A stretch of DNA of 64,000 bases from Lama glama. Lineage: Eukaryota. A model generated the notes under the pieces. It was not told the DNA's origin. It saw only the letters and a list, made by a program, of their open reading frames with translations, and did not search any database. The stretch is from contig CM052817.1 in NCBI GenBank assembly GCA_028534125.1, positions 90,708,001-90,772,000 of the forward strand, given 5' to 3'. This document shows positions 1 to 13,686 of the stretch, one piece after another. The first letter of the stretch is position 1. The number at the start of each line of letters is the position of its first letter. Made by a program: the position numbers and the translations under genes.

Positions 1-146
1 TTCCTTCCCTAACTAGAAGAATCCAAGACATTCCAAAAGGTGTAAGAGCCATTTGCGTGGTTGTATAGTTCCTGGAATACCTCAGATGGCCCCAGCATTG
101 TTTTATAACCCTAGCGAAACTCCAGATTTCTAGAACTGACAGGAAA

Positions 147-148
<2 letters not shown>

Positions 149-198
<50 letters not shown>
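149..198. repeat. (AC)25 microsatellite
   Basis: Uninterrupted AC run read directly. Confidence 0.98.
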
Positions 199-200
<2 letters not shown>

Positions 201-1379
201 ATTATGGGCTGGACTATGTGCTCATTAGCTCAGACTTACACTCAAGCAAATATGCAAATAAATCTAGTCTCTCCAAAGTTTCAGGGCACAAGATTTCAGG
301 CTTCATTCATCAACTGGCAGTCACCACTACAGGCACCTTCATCCCCTAAATGTATCACCCTTCTGATAGGGTCAAGAATGCCCTCTATTTCCCCGGGATT
401 CTTTCACTTCTCTTACACCTTATGCTTATGTAACTATATTTCCTAGCCCACCTCCAAAATATACGGCCATAATAAGAATGCCATCCATGCTGGTTAGGAC
501 ATTTGTTCATTAAAAAGCCAACTCGCAGCTAAATGAAGAGCCAAAGATCATTAGAAGTGGCAGAGCATGGAATTTTGGAAACGAGTACCTCCCCGAAGGC
601 CTCAAATATCACCTTAGCCGTTTATGACTCTCTTGGTATGTATTTTATACACCATTTATTTAAAACAGCTTTGAGAGAAGGTCATTCAGGTATTTGGATG
701 TGGGTTGACATCTAAAATGAACCATGGTTTATTATTCTTCTTATTGTCCACTTAGTAAGGATAGTGTAGTAGATGGCGGAAGACTATGGCCTCATTTGAG
801 AAAGTGCAAAAACAGCACTTTTCCTTCATTCACGCTAGAATGCATATCTTGATATTTAAGTCTCTAACCCTTCAGGAATGAAAGGTAATTTGAGGCATAC
901 TGTATATCTGTAGTTCATCCTTCTAACTCTCAAGTATGATACTCTAACTCAGGTGAAGAGCTGCAGCAGAAGGACATTAGTGTCTGCAGCAGTGTTCTGT
1001 TGAAACAAACTGGATCTATAAGACAATCTTATCAAGCTTGTTATAGTATAAGTGGCAGCTTTATGTTGAAGAACAAGAGGAAGTAGCGAAGGATACCGTG
1101 ATGCATCATAAACCTGCAGGATTTTTACAAGCCGAGATAGATGTTGAGATAATGAGAACAGGTTTACTTGTCAGAGGCTGTGATGTCAAAACCAGAGTTT
1201 CTCAAGATTTTCAAAAAGAATAGTTTTTAATACATTCACAACACAATAGCCCTCAGCAGCTAATGATGATCCACAGAAATGTATGTAAATTAGTATCAAA
1301 AAGAAGCATCTACCTCTGATTGTCAGGAATGTCTGTGGATAATATGAGAGTGACTTTAAACACTGTCATACTTTTGAAT

Positions 1380-1800
1380 GTTAACTTTTGCCAGCCCATC
1401 TCCAGTTTGCTCTCATTATTCTGGAAATAATTGAAGGGTCATACATAGAAAGCAAAAAAACCTAACTCATTTGAGACTCTGAGTAGATTTTTACAAAATT
1501 TCTCCACTAAGCGGGAAACTTAATAACCATAAGGTACAAGATGGAGCACAATCATTAAAACATCTTCGAGAGAAGTGAGAAGAATTAAATGGTTAGGATT
1601 CAGAATATAAAGAGGTTAACAGTGGGATGCCTCAAGAGTGCACTTTAAAACTGTTAATGCTCAATGAATTGATTAACCTGGGAAAATAGCAGGTTGCGAA
1701 TTTAAAAGTTTGCTAATGTTACCGAAGTATTAAAAGAATTCAGGAAGGAGAGGATTTTAAAAGCTACTAGGGGCCATCTGATTGCTTTCTATGATGCCCT
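1380..1800 (+). mobile_element. Ancient CR1/L3-type LINE, ORF2 reverse-transcriptase fossil (may extend over ~950-2150)
   Basis: Frame from 1516 reads KLNNHKVQDGAQSLKHLREK*EELNG*DSEYKEVNSGMPQECTLKLLMLNELINL, then KFANVTE after a frameshift. This is collinear with CR1 RT 'KL..HGI.G....WI.NWL..RKQRV.ING..S.W.EV.SGVPQGSVLGPVLFNIFINDL...KFADDTK'. Upstream NFCQPISSL resembles NYRPISL. Confidence 0.75.
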
Positions 1801-3069
1801 CTGGGTGAAGCCTAGAAACATCCCTGATGGAGAATGCTTCTGCATTAAGAGACTGAGTTCCTAAAGAAGAACCAAAAAAGTACTGCAGATTCTTAAAGGG
1901 GTTAGGGGCAAGGGTACTCTACTCAGAACTATACTAGAAAAAAGAAACATTTTAACTGTTTGTTGCTCACTGATACATGTAATTGTTAGACACTGAGGAA
2001 AGAATCTATTCAATAAGCACTTGGAATCAAAACATTTTTCAAAGATTCTCTCCAACTGGATTAAGAAATGAAAATTGAGGAAAAGATACAGTTTGTGGGA
2101 GCATATAACCCAGTACTGCCAGTATATGGTGAACACCATTTTTGAGTTTGATAAGCAAACTTAGAATTTTATTTTAAAAATGTAAAGGGATTTCAAGCTC
2201 TAGGTCCTATAATTTCCCTCAAGACCAGTACCCCTAGCTGCTCCAAATGGAGCAGCAAAGTGAAATTAACCAATTCCCTTGAAAGGCTGTAGTGGTTCAG
2301 CTTCAGGGGGCTTGTTAATTTCCCTTCTCCAGGGGTTCTCAGTAAGGCCTGGGAGCAAAGCAGGGAGGCAGAGTGAAAAGAGAAAATTAACAAGCTTTCT
2401 AAAGTATTGCTACCCCTACTTCTTTCAAGGGAGTTGGTTAATTTTGCTTTGTAACTCCATTCAGATCAGCTCAAGTTTGAGAAAAGCTCCAATTAAAAAG
2501 AGGGAGACTGGGAAACAAAGGCAATTGGGTAGGAAAGGGAGGAAATGAATAGAATTTAAATCAATGACCTCAATCCAAAGCATTTCTCCCAAATACTCAA
2601 AGCACTTTACATGTAAAGATTACATTTTTTTTTTAATTTGGCAAGGTGAAAGAAAATTTCTTTTCATTTTTATTAATTTTATCCTTCCTTAGAATCCTGG
2701 TAGAACTTCTGAAATACAAATACTTTCTACTTTACCTGAATCACAGGGGTAAAGGCTGTATTTGTATTTGATCCATATAATCCTCTTTGACTGTCTTCAA
2801 ATCTGGGTGATACCAATATTGCTACCCATTTCCAATACAAAATAACATTATCAAGTGTTTCAAAATTGAAAAATAGAATAAGCACCTAGAAGGGACTGCT
2901 TATTAAACACTGCCTTGAATTATGAAAAGGGGAAAATGAAAAAAAAAAAAAAAGAAAGAAAAAATTAGTAGGAAAAAAATAAAGGGATGATAAGTGGAAG
3001 AGGCTTGAAGGGAAGAGACATGTGAAAATAGTAAGTGCATGTAAGCTATCTAAGGACATGACGTATATT

Positions 3070-3645
3070 TTTTTTAGGTATTGAGCAAACCTGACTTCAG
3101 ATTAGATCTGTTCCCTTAATGTAACCTTTGTGCTTTGTTGCCTGTGCTTAGTCATCCTGGCTCTGCACTTTTGTCTCCTCAATCAGTAAAAGAATGTTGC
3201 CTATAGCCTAAAATATACATAATAGCCCTTTCTCAAGGTTCTGCCTCCCAGGCTTGACCTTCAAACCCCTAACACTTGTCATTCATATACAGATGAAAAG
3301 CTGAAGAGAAGAAAATAACATTTGTTTTGTGAGGGTTTACAGGAACATCATGAACAGACCTACATAGATAGTTGCAAGAACAAGGAATTACCACATCCCC
3401 CCACCCCTGCCCCACCCAGGTCTGGCTGGCACCAAGAAGTCTGCAACAACCAGCCACACACCCTCCATTTCTAGTATAAAAGAAACTCGAATTCTAACTT
3501 GGGTAAGATGATTCTTCGGGACACTATCCACCATTTTCTCAGCCTGATGGCTTTCCAAATAAAGAGGCTTCCTTGCCCCAACACTTCATCTCTTTAGTTA
3601 TTGGCCTTTCAAGAAGTGAGAACTGTAAGACTGGACTCAGTAACA
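3070..3645 (+). mobile_element. ERV1-class solo LTR, family A copy 1 (MER41-like artiodactyl LTR)
   Basis: Ends ...GGACTCAGTAACA. TATAAA near 3475 and AATAAA near 3557. Its reverse complement aligns with the copies at 23496 and 36265. Confidence 0.85.
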
Positions 3646-3970
3646 GTGTGAAGGATGTAAGTCATTATATGTATTCAACTTATAATATCACTAAATAGTG
3701 GACAAATTTTCACTAAGAAATCTTAGAATATGTAAAATCATTGAAATAATGTAGTACAGCTCTTAGCATAGTACAAATAAGTGTTTAATAAAGTACTGGT
3801 ATCTTAAAATTACTTGACCATTATCTATAGACCATTTCTATTCATGCTTCTCTTTCATAAAGTTTGTAAAATCCTTTCTTTGTAAAATAAACCTCTACCT
3901 TCAACACACTGGACTGAAATCAACTAATAATATTAAAACATTTAAGGCTACATGGAGTAAAGTCTTTTTG

Positions 3971-4232
3971 TAGGTACCATGATGAAACAGAAAAAGCACA
4001 GCTTTGATGCCAGAGTGAAAACAAAATCTAATTTTATCAGTTTCTAGGTAGACTCTACATGTAGCCTTGGGCAAACTACTGGCCCCTTCCAAACAAAGAA
4101 ATGTCAACTTTTAGAAAATCAGCTTAATAAAATGCACCATGGGAGATTTTTAATTAGAAGATATGTGTGTAAGGTATCCAAGACAATGAATGGTAAGTGT
4201 CCAATGAATGATAGCTATTATTATCATTATTA
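3971..4232 (+). mobile_element. MIR SINE, degenerate
   Basis: MIR-like core (gccttgggcaaactact...) and a ...tagctattattatcatt tail. Confidence 0.6.
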
Positions 4233-4288
4233 CAGTTAAATATAGATAAGCCTAAGGCTGAAAAATAATTTAAGACACCATGTAGTCT

Positions 4289-4460
4289 AGTGGTTCCCCC
4301 AAACTAGTTTTGTATCACTATTACCAGTATGGAGCTTTATAGAGATTTTAGGACCTCACTTCAAATTTATTAGATCAGAATCTCTGTGAATGTTGTCCAG
4401 AAAACTATTTCCAATCCAATATATTATTTTTATTAATGATACTTTTATAAGTCACTTGGT
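4289..4460. mobile_element. MER5-type hAT-Charlie DNA transposon relic
   Basis: gtggttcccc aaact... start and the 'gatcagaatctctg' motif typical of MER5A/B. Confidence 0.55.
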
Positions 4461-4832
4461 AATATCTCACAGCAGCAACACAAAAACTAGAACCTTACCT
4501 TTCATATACGTCAGCTTGAGCTTGTCTGTTATATACTATATCTCCATGGTTAACTACAATGTTGTATTCAGAGTGTCCTTCAGAGTCTGATTAGTTATTT
4601 ATTTGTTTTTAAACATGTTGTGGTCTGATTCTATACACTTGGTAAATCTCACTATCTTTCTCTAAACTGCAGATTCTTTATGGCAGACAATACCCAAGCA
4701 CATATTTCACCCACTTTCTACAGATTCTTCCTATTACATTCTCAGTTTTGTTTATAGACAGAGCTAAATAAAAAACCCAGACATACCAGCTTCAATAAAA
4801 GCACATTAAAAAATAACTTATATGTAAACTTG

Positions 4833-5985
4833 TACTTCTAAATAAGATGGAGTAACAAGAACCATATTTTCTTGTCCGAAACAACTGAAAATCCAGACAA
4901 AATATATAAAACAACGGTTCTTAAGACATTGGACATAAGGGGGTCTGAAATAAGGAGGTTTACAGCATGCTACTTCAAAGTATGTTGGCTTGGTATGTTG
5001 AGTATTTTGAGCTAAAGGCATCTGAAAAACATCAGATTCAAGAAAAATCTGCTGATCTCCCCTTTTCTTCCTAATAAGCAAGAGGTAAAAATCCCAAGGA
5101 AAAGTGCCTTTTGTGTGCCAAGAGGAAAAGAACATTCTTATCATGAAAAACAGGGTCAAGGCTAAGAGAAATCTGTACAAACAGATCTTGTTAAAATAAC
5201 CCTCCCTTTCCTTTAGCTTCCCCTATGTGTTAATTACTTTTCAACAATTACTACTGTTTGTTCAACCTAGTATATGAGCACTTAGGCCTAATCATTTGGG
5301 TCTTTATTTTCCTACTGAAGGTTCACAAGCATATGTAAAAATAAAACTTGTATGCTTTTCTCCTGTTGCTCTTTCTTATGTCAACTTCATTCTCAGGCTT
5401 AGCTGGAGATCTTAAGAGGACATTAGAAAAGTTTTATCTCCCTCCTCAATGAATGACAGTGATCCTTGCAAAATAGGAAATAAATAAGATAGTGCCTACT
5501 ATGTCCCAGCTTACTTCCTTAAGTAGAGTTTCCAGGCCAATAGTGTAGAGAGAGGAAAGCTGGGTCAAGCTAAAATGAGTTCAAGTCATACAAAATATCT
5601 TCTCTGACCACAATGGAATTAAACTAGAAATCAACAATAGAGGGATCTCTGGAAAACCTCCAAATATTTGGAAACTGAACAACACTCTACTAAATAACCC
5701 ATGGGTCAAAGGAGAAATCAAAAGTGAAATTAGAAACTATTTTAAATTAAATAAAAATGTTCATATCAAAATTTGTGTGATGCAGCCAAAGCAATACATG
5801 AGGAAAATTTATAGCACTAATTTGCCTGTATTAGCAAAAACAAAGGTATCAGTTTCCAACTGAAGAATAAGAAAAGCAAAATAAATCTAAAGTAATTAGA
5901 GAAAAGAAAAAGATCAGAGTGGAAATCAATGAAACAGAAATCAGTAAAACAATAGAGAAAGTGAACTGCTAAGACCAAAATCTGT
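4833..5985 (+). mobile_element. Old L1 (L1MC/MD-like 5' segment plus ORF2 endonuclease-adjacent fragment 5571-5985), interrupted by an LTR
   Basis: 'tctctgaccacaatggaattaaactagaaatcaacaatag...ctaaataacccatgggtcaaaggagaaatc' is canonical L1 ORF2. The 5'-type sequence continues on both sides of the LTR. Confidence 0.8.
4949..5448 (+). mobile_element. MER34-like ERV1 solo LTR nested in L1
   Basis: Start resembles the MER34A consensus (catgctacttcaaagtatg...ttttgagctaaaggca). AATAAA near 5339. Ends ...CTCCTCA. Confidence 0.75.
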
Positions 5986-7078
5986 GAAAGTGTTATTTCC
6001 TTCTATGGGTCAAATGTAATTGAATTTCTGATTTAAAAAAAAAATGCTACTTTCAAGAAACTTGCATTTACTAATGAAGAGAGAAAAACATTGATAATAA
6101 CTATCACTGAAATCAATCAGAGAGGAAGAATACCTCCTTGTCAGAGTGTGGACAGTCTGTTCACTTCTTTCATTTATTTATCACTATTATCTGCCCTACT
6201 TTTCTCAAAAGCCCCTTGTCAGAATAAAATAAAATAAAATAATGTGTCTGGAAAAAGTTTTTCATATAAGGTGTTTAAAGTTTCTAATACTTTGAACAAG
6301 ACTCACAGGGTGAAATGGAAAACAACTTTATTCTCTTCTTGAGTCTGCTGTATGCATCCATTCAAAGGTGATTATTCCAACTTCAAGTCCCCCTCCCGTA
6401 CTTTCATCTTACATGGCATCTAGGGAAAGTCCCATGATTTTTCTGATAAAGCTCACATAATTAAAAAGCCTTCTTCAGTCTCCCAGGCAGTTCTGGGATA
6501 TTAATGACTATGTTCTGCCCAGTGTAATACCACTTCTGTATTTAATTCAGTGCTAAAGCTTCTTCCCTGATTCATATTTTCCATCTACAGTGGAGGAAGC
6601 TAGAATGAATGATTGTCTCCTTCTCTTTTTCTCCTCTTTATATTTCAAAATCTCTTCCCTCTGCTTGCTATTATGAATGTGTTACCTTTCCAGACTCTAA
6701 ACAGAGGAGGTAAAGCCTAGGAAAAAGAGCAGGAGAGGTCCTACATAATAGGTACCAGTGTGGCTGTACTGGAGTTTAAAGCAGATCCTTTCCTTTATTA
6801 GAGCATTCATGGGTTCTTGGGAGACCCTCATCACAAGAAAACTTAACAGTTCTCAATGCAGATGCTCCTTGGATGATTGCTTAGAATTCTTCTCTAAGCC
6901 CTTGGGCCTCTGGCTGTATACTTCCAACATCTTTCTGCTGAGTTTTCTTTGCCCTTTCAAGCAGTCCTCTTGAACAAGACCTAATATGACCCTATACCTC
7001 TCCTTCTCTCCTATGGCTCACAATCTGTCCCTGGGAAACTGACTACACTCTGCTGTCATTAGGGGTGCAATTAAATGC

Positions 7079-7525
7079 TGTATTAGTTTTCTAGGGCTGC
7101 CCTAACAAACTAACACAAACTGGGTGGATTAAAATAATAGAATGTATCATCTCCCAATTCTGGAGACTAGAAGTCCAAAAGAAGGTGTTGGCAGGGTCAT
7201 GCTCACACAGAAACCTGTAGGAGAAAATCACTCCTGGCCTCTTCTAACTTCTGGTATTTGCCAGTAATCCGTGGTGTTCCTTGTTTTCAGATACATCACT
7301 CCAATCTCCTCTGCTGTTATCACACAGCCATTTTCTCCCTGGGTGTATCTGTCTATTCTCTTCTTATAAGGACACTAGTATTATTGAATTAGGACCCACC
7401 ATAATTCAGTATTGTCTCATTTTGACTGATTACATCTACAAAGACTACTTCCAAATTACAGTTATTAGTATTGGTGTTTGGGACTTCAACATAGTTTTGA
7501 AGGAGAAGCAATTCAGTCCATAACA
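7079..7525 (-). mobile_element. MLT1 (ERVL-MaLR) solo LTR, MLT1C-like
   Basis: TGTATTAGTTTTCTAGGGCTGCC...AACAAA...CAAACTGGGTGG start and ...TTCAGTCCATAACA end. Confidence 0.9.
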
Positions 7526-10500
7526 CATACCCACCATCGCAAGGATAGCTCTACTGCCACTGGATCCTCAAGCTGATGCTCACCTTTTGCTTTTCTTGAG
7601 CATGATTCAAGCACCAATCCTCAATGTCCCTCAAGATCTCCGAATGATTTCTTTACAGCTCCTTTTACTGCACTGAAGTGAGAAGAAAACACCCCCTATC
7701 CACCCAACACCCACTTCCTTTAAAGTCCCACAGAGATGGTTTAGCATCTCCTTTCGGACCATGGGCACAGTTAGCATCTATTACATTAGGATTTCAGTTA
7801 AAATTGAAGCTGAAATAGCTCAGTATTTATATACACAACTGTGAGAGTAGTTTAACAATACTTCTGTTAAAGCAGATGCATCCCAAGCACATATGTCATT
7901 AGAAATTTTATTCTCAAAGGTTTAAATAAAAAGCATACATCCCTCAAAGTAAGAGCTTTTGCCTTCTCTGTTGCTTCCTTAATGGGTAAAGCCAGATGAT
8001 CTTTATTAAAAAGTCATGTGGTATTACTGGCTCATAAATACATAGTGTGCTCATGAGTAATAAACCTAAAAGCACAATAACTAAAATCAATAAATCATTC
8101 AGAAGACTAAAATTAGCCTGCACCCTAAAAGGCATCCCTCTAAATGACTTTTGTTAAATAAAATGGGTAATTTGACATCTTTCACCTAATTGGCTTGTAG
8201 GTGAAGTTCAGATGAGAATTAAAATGGCTGAAAACAAGCATAAAAGAGCATAAGTGAAGGTAGAAAAGTAAGGAATGGGAATAATCAAGAAACTAACTCT
8301 TAAGAATCATTGAATACACTTAAAATAATAAAAGGTAGAGCAAAAAGTAGCTCTATTTCACGTCTCATGAAAACAACTAACTTTTGTAGAATCTATCATG
8401 AGGAAATTATTAGCTTCACATATAAAAGCTAAGATTAAATGACTGCATTTGTAGCCATTCTTGAGATGTGGGAGGTACATGATCACACAGTTACAGCATG
8501 CGCCACAGCCCACTGAATAGTTCACGGCCCCAGTGGTCATAATTGTTTCTGCTAAGTGCCAAGAGCTATATGAACTCTACTTGAGACAGAATAATAGTTA
8601 CTTCTTTTCTAAGTTCCATCAGATGATATCTCTTTTTCTGCCAAAATACACATCCATTTGAGCTTTTAATCTAATTGCATATGTCCAAACTAATCATTGG
8701 GTCAAAAAAGCTACTTTGTACTATTAAAAATTTTTGTATCCATGTACAGTAACAGCTCTCCCTCCTCTGACTGCATCTACACACACTTAAAATGATTTCC
8801 TAGTATACGCTTTATTCAATGACATCAAATCACATTATTGTCTGATTATCCTTTTTGTGAGTCAGGCCAGCATCAGTGACTTCCTGCAACACATACAAAG
8901 CTAGAATTACAAAATTTGGGGGGGGGAAACCAGCTGTGACATTCTCTCACTTCCTGTTTCACCCACCCTAACCTCAAGCTCTTTGAGACTCTTCATTCTT
9001 GCATAGAATTGGTTTCCACCAGGCTCTGTTTAGTTCCCATTTCATGATTGAAAGTTGTCAAACTTTGATCTCAGCTCTAGCTCATTATCCAAACTTTCTG
9101 TCACTTTGAATGGGTTTTTAACACACATGATGTGTTTGAGCAAAAATACTTCAAGCAATTTGGGGTTCACTGACATGGGACTACATGAACAACCTTAGAG
9201 AATTTGGGAGGGAGAAGCAACAGTTTTCACTCCTTTACATTTACCTTTTCTAAGTGTCATTTTCTCCCTCTTCTTGTCTGCCTTCCTCTGCCGACAAGAT
9301 GCCTTCTATTCTCCAGCAATCTGGTACTAACATGAAGCTCAATGTGACAATGACCTAAATTCATATACAAGATGCATTATATGTCTAATAAGTTGTACCT
9401 TATGGATATTTACACTTCTAAATAATACTATAAATAAAAGGAAGAAACTCTTCCAAAATGAAAATCGGTATAAAAATCAGTGAATTCTAAAACTGGAAGA
9501 AACATGAATCTTTCTTCTTTGGATCTCACTGAATTCAGTTGTTCAATAGATATTTTTTTGAGGGCCAGTAGGTACTTTGATGATGTTTACATTCCTTGAT
9601 TTTATCCCAATCTGTTCTATACCTGCATTAGTTGGACATTTGTGTATTTCACTCTGACTGAAATCCTTTCAGACTAGAATCCTAGCTTATTTAGTACTCA
9701 TATGATAAATGCTTAAGGAACTGAGTTCAGTCCTATCCAGCTCTTCACTGTACGGGAAAGAGAACACTAGAATGTTTGGGGACTTTGCCAATATCATACA
9801 GAAGGTCAGTGAAAAACAGATGAAAATCACTAGCATTTTCAGCATTGGTATAGAAAACCACTTTTTGCATAATGCCAATTGTCAAGTCATATCATATTGG
9901 CTACCCATCTATTCCACCTAAATGGAAGAAAGGTCTTATTTTTTAAATATATATGATTCAAAATTGATCTTTATCACTAGTTTATTTTAAAATTGTTAAT
10001 TTATACTTTTAATATGTGCTTTATCACAATGATTAGGCTATTCCTTGTCCCAAAGCGTTAGAGGTTTTTAATACAATTTTGCAATGTGCTTTGACAGGAT
10101 CAGTGGCAAGACAAGCCTCCCTATGCTTACATTTGTAAGACAAGCCTCAGTTTTAAGAGGAATGACGTAAACTGAGAATAATGTGGGAGGAGGGTAACCA
10201 GGCTGGCAGAGATTGTAAACACACTGGTATGGAAAATGGCTGGACTATTAGGAAATTTTGGACCTTGAGTGTCAAGATTTCAGGGGACCTATAAATGCTA
10301 TTTTCAAATCTTTGGAAGTATTTAATATGGTAAATAAATATATATTTTTAGGTCTATCCTCAGAGACAAGAATATAACCAAAGTTTTTGTGAAGTGAAAG
10401 GAAACCAGATTACCATCAGTTTAAGTATAATTGATTTACCAAATCAACTGGACTCAAATAGAAAAGACAGCAGGTGCAAATAGAAAGAAAGCAGGAAAGG

Positions 10501-11234
10501 AAGGAAGGGGAAGAAGAAAAATTTCCCCCCTGCCCATTCAGACACTCTAAGGGCATTCCTCTTTCCCCAGAAATGATGACATCTAGGGCCAGCCTCTTAG
10601 ATCCATTTAGTCACAAGAACAATCCCATTTCAGTAACTGTAAAAGTCCCGTTCAACAACATAAAGATTCTGAACCTTACCTCTTTGACGCTGTCCTCTCC
10701 TGCCCTGCCCCAGTATCAGGACTGGAAGTCAGAAATGCGTGAGTAACTTCCTAATTACTCCTCTCTCTTCCTAGCTCCCCCTCCTCTCCTCACTCCCTGG
10801 CTACTCATTTGATGGCTCCAGGGTCAGACCCAAGTAGTGAGAGAGGGTTAGGAGGAAATGGCTTGGTTGTGTGAGGTTGATAGAGATACTATCAGGGCTT
10901 TTAGGATGATCGATCATCTCACTGGTGTTTTTATAGCTCTTCTACTGAGGATTTCCATCTGCAGGTCACTCAGCCTGAGCAAGTCTGCTTCCCCAGCTGG
11001 CTGATTACGGTTACTCCGGGCTCCAGTGGTACCCTCTGCTGAGGTCTCCTTGTCCCTTTAGTCAGTCCTTTTGGGTAACACTCCTTTCAACCTGACCTAC
11101 AACCAGTTCCCTTCAGCAGGATTTAAGTCTACATGTTGGGGAGGACACAGCTAGAGCAAAGGCACCTCATTCCCAGAGATTCTCTTCCCTCTGCCACCAG
11201 GAAGGGGCAGCTGCAGACACAGCCTCCATAACAC

Positions 11235-11907
11235 TGCAACCCAACAGGACCCTAGGGGACCTTCCCGGGAAAGACGCCTCCCCCCATGTCCTCTGCCTGC
11301 CTCTTGTTTGTAGAAAAGCTGTAGTCTCCCAGGCCTCCCCTGAGTCACAAAAGCCTGGCTCAAGAGTTAATGATTGAAAGAATGTGAACATGCAGTAACA
11401 GAAGTAGCAGCTGGGCCAGGAGAACTGGTAAGAATTTAAACAGTAAATCAGCCATATGGTAGTCACAGAATCGTTAGTTCCTCCCTGAAATACATAGATA
11501 ACACTATCTGATGCACATTTCCTGAGTTGTTTTACAGACACCAAAACCCCCACCAGATGGAAGAAGTTAACTATATGATGACCATGAGCATATAGCTCCC
11601 AGACCAGCTGGAGCCTAAGGATTGATAGTGTTATAACCTCTGTGACACTGCCCTGTTTCCTCACCATCTACCAATCAGAGAATTGTGTACCAGCTGATCA
11701 CACTCCCTGAGACTCCCCTCCCTCATCTGGCCTTTAAAAATGCTTCTCTGAAACCCACTGGGGAGTTCGGGGTTTTTTGACTTTTAGCTGCCCCAGACTC
11801 CTTGTACAAGCCCTGCAATAAACGCTGCACTTTCCTTTACCACAGTCTGATGTCAATAGATTAGCTTTACTGCGGGGGCAAGCAGACCTAAGTTTGGTTT
11901 GGTAAGA
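11235..11907 (+). mobile_element. ERV1-class solo LTR, family B copy 1
   Basis: TG start, CCAAT (~11671), TTTAAAA TATA-like element, AATAAA (~11817), ends GGTAAGA (decayed GTAACA). Collinear with 46085-46706. Confidence 0.85.
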
Positions 11908-13138
11908 AGGCTATTCAATAATAACTCGAGTAACAGGTCTTCAAACATCAAGAGCTTGACCAACACATATGTCAGTTAGGGAAATCTCTCATTCACTGAA
12001 ATGTGAAACCTCACTCATCTCATTCATTGAAATTGGATCCTTCCTGAAGCCTTTTCACTTAGAGTGTGGAGGAAAGTATCTACTCTTTCCCGCCTCCCCC
12101 TGTCCCCAGTAACACACAGAAAACATTCTCCAAAGAAGTATCTTCCCTAAAGCCTATTCAGCCTCTATCTTTAACACATGCCTGTGGGTAGGCAGACCCA
12201 GGGTAGCATCACCCACTTTACAAGTCTAGCTCCTTGATGTGGAATGTTTTCTTCTCCAATCTGGGCCTCTGGAGAAAACAGAAAATTCCACTGAACATCC
12301 TGTTGCTTACATAAAATGTCTTAATAATTAGAGTGGTTCGGAAAATGTAATTGTCAGTGTTGTGAACACTGAAAGAGTTCAAACAAAGGCTAGATCTTGA
12401 TCAGACACTGTCAGTCTCCAGCACAGACTGGGAAGTCAATCATCTCAAAGGTACTTTTTAGCCCTTAAAACTTAAGACAGCCTGCCTCTGTATAGGATGA
12501 GCTGAGAGGTTTCCCTAGTTTTCAAGGACAAACAGAGGGAAGAATATCAACAGAAAATCAGAATATGATGCAACTCAGTACACATCTCCACATATCCTAC
12601 TTGGCTATCATTTATTTGATCTCTCCTCATTTTGTTTGAATTGGCATATCATGACAGCACCAAGCTTGTTATTTCAACTTTAACATAAAATCACTAGAGG
12701 GATAAAAGGAGAATTCTGGGTTCAGATACACCAAGGATTCAGATAATCAAAAACAGTTTAAAAATAAAACAGTAACAACATTGGCATAGTTAAGTAGTGT
12801 GGCAATATTCAATATCAGTCTATTTCAAAATAATTACTAATAATTACAATAATAACAATTAACATAATCTTTCCTCCAGGCTCCTTCATTCTAATTGCAC
12901 TTTAGTATTTTTTTCTTAGGCCAGATTTTATCAAACACAATCAGGGTCCTTTTTTGCCTCTCACAAAATTGCTTTGGTTTGATTTTTGTTCAGAAACGAA
13001 AAGAAATACTTAAACTCTAGGTTAGCTTTTTCCTAATTGTCTTGCTCTGAAGTTCATCAACATATGCACTTTTTTGCTCTTTCTGAGAAAACCTGGTTGC
13101 AGAATTCATTACTTCTCTGAGTGGTTCTAAGGAATTCA

Positions 13139-13161
13139 TACACACACACACACACACACAC
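13139..13161. repeat. (AC)n microsatellite
   Basis: Read directly. Confidence 0.9.
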
Positions 13162-13295
13162 TATGTGAACAATGTAGATTTTCTGCCAGTTGCATAAGGA
13201 AACTGTTAACATTTCATACTCCACAACAAAGCACTTAAAACTCCTCAGATATTTTTGCCTCTAACATCCTCTTCAGCTAAACCTCCATGGATGAT

Positions 13296-13345
13296 TTCCT
13301 TCCTTCCTTTCTTTCTTCCTTCCTTCCTTCCTTCCTTCTTCTTCT
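13296..13345. repeat. (TTCC)n low-complexity repeat
   Basis: Read directly. Confidence 0.85.
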
Positions 13346-13686
13346 TTTGATCTCTCTTTTCCTTCCTGCAATATTAGACTCCGGATTCTTTACTCCTCTC
13401 TCTGGTATTTCCCTCAGAAACTTCCAGTTCTTCTTTCCATTATATGTGGAGTAAATTCACTCTACCCCAGTACCAGGCATTTTGCACATCTGAACATATC
13501 CCCGAGATGTTGCACAGTCTCTTTTAATACCTCCTGCCTTCCCAAGAATTCAATTTAGCCACCACCTCTGATCTCAAGAACATGCTCACCTGGCGTCCCT
13601 TCCCTCATCCCTAGAGGTCCACCTGGACCGTCTAGTGAGTGAGTGTTTCTCCCTCTATTTAGATATGCCATCTGAGTGAAAGCAGG

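Noticed and set aside
11167..11667. 166-aa minus-strand ORF
   Set aside because: Lies antisense within a solo LTR, with no recognisable protein motif.
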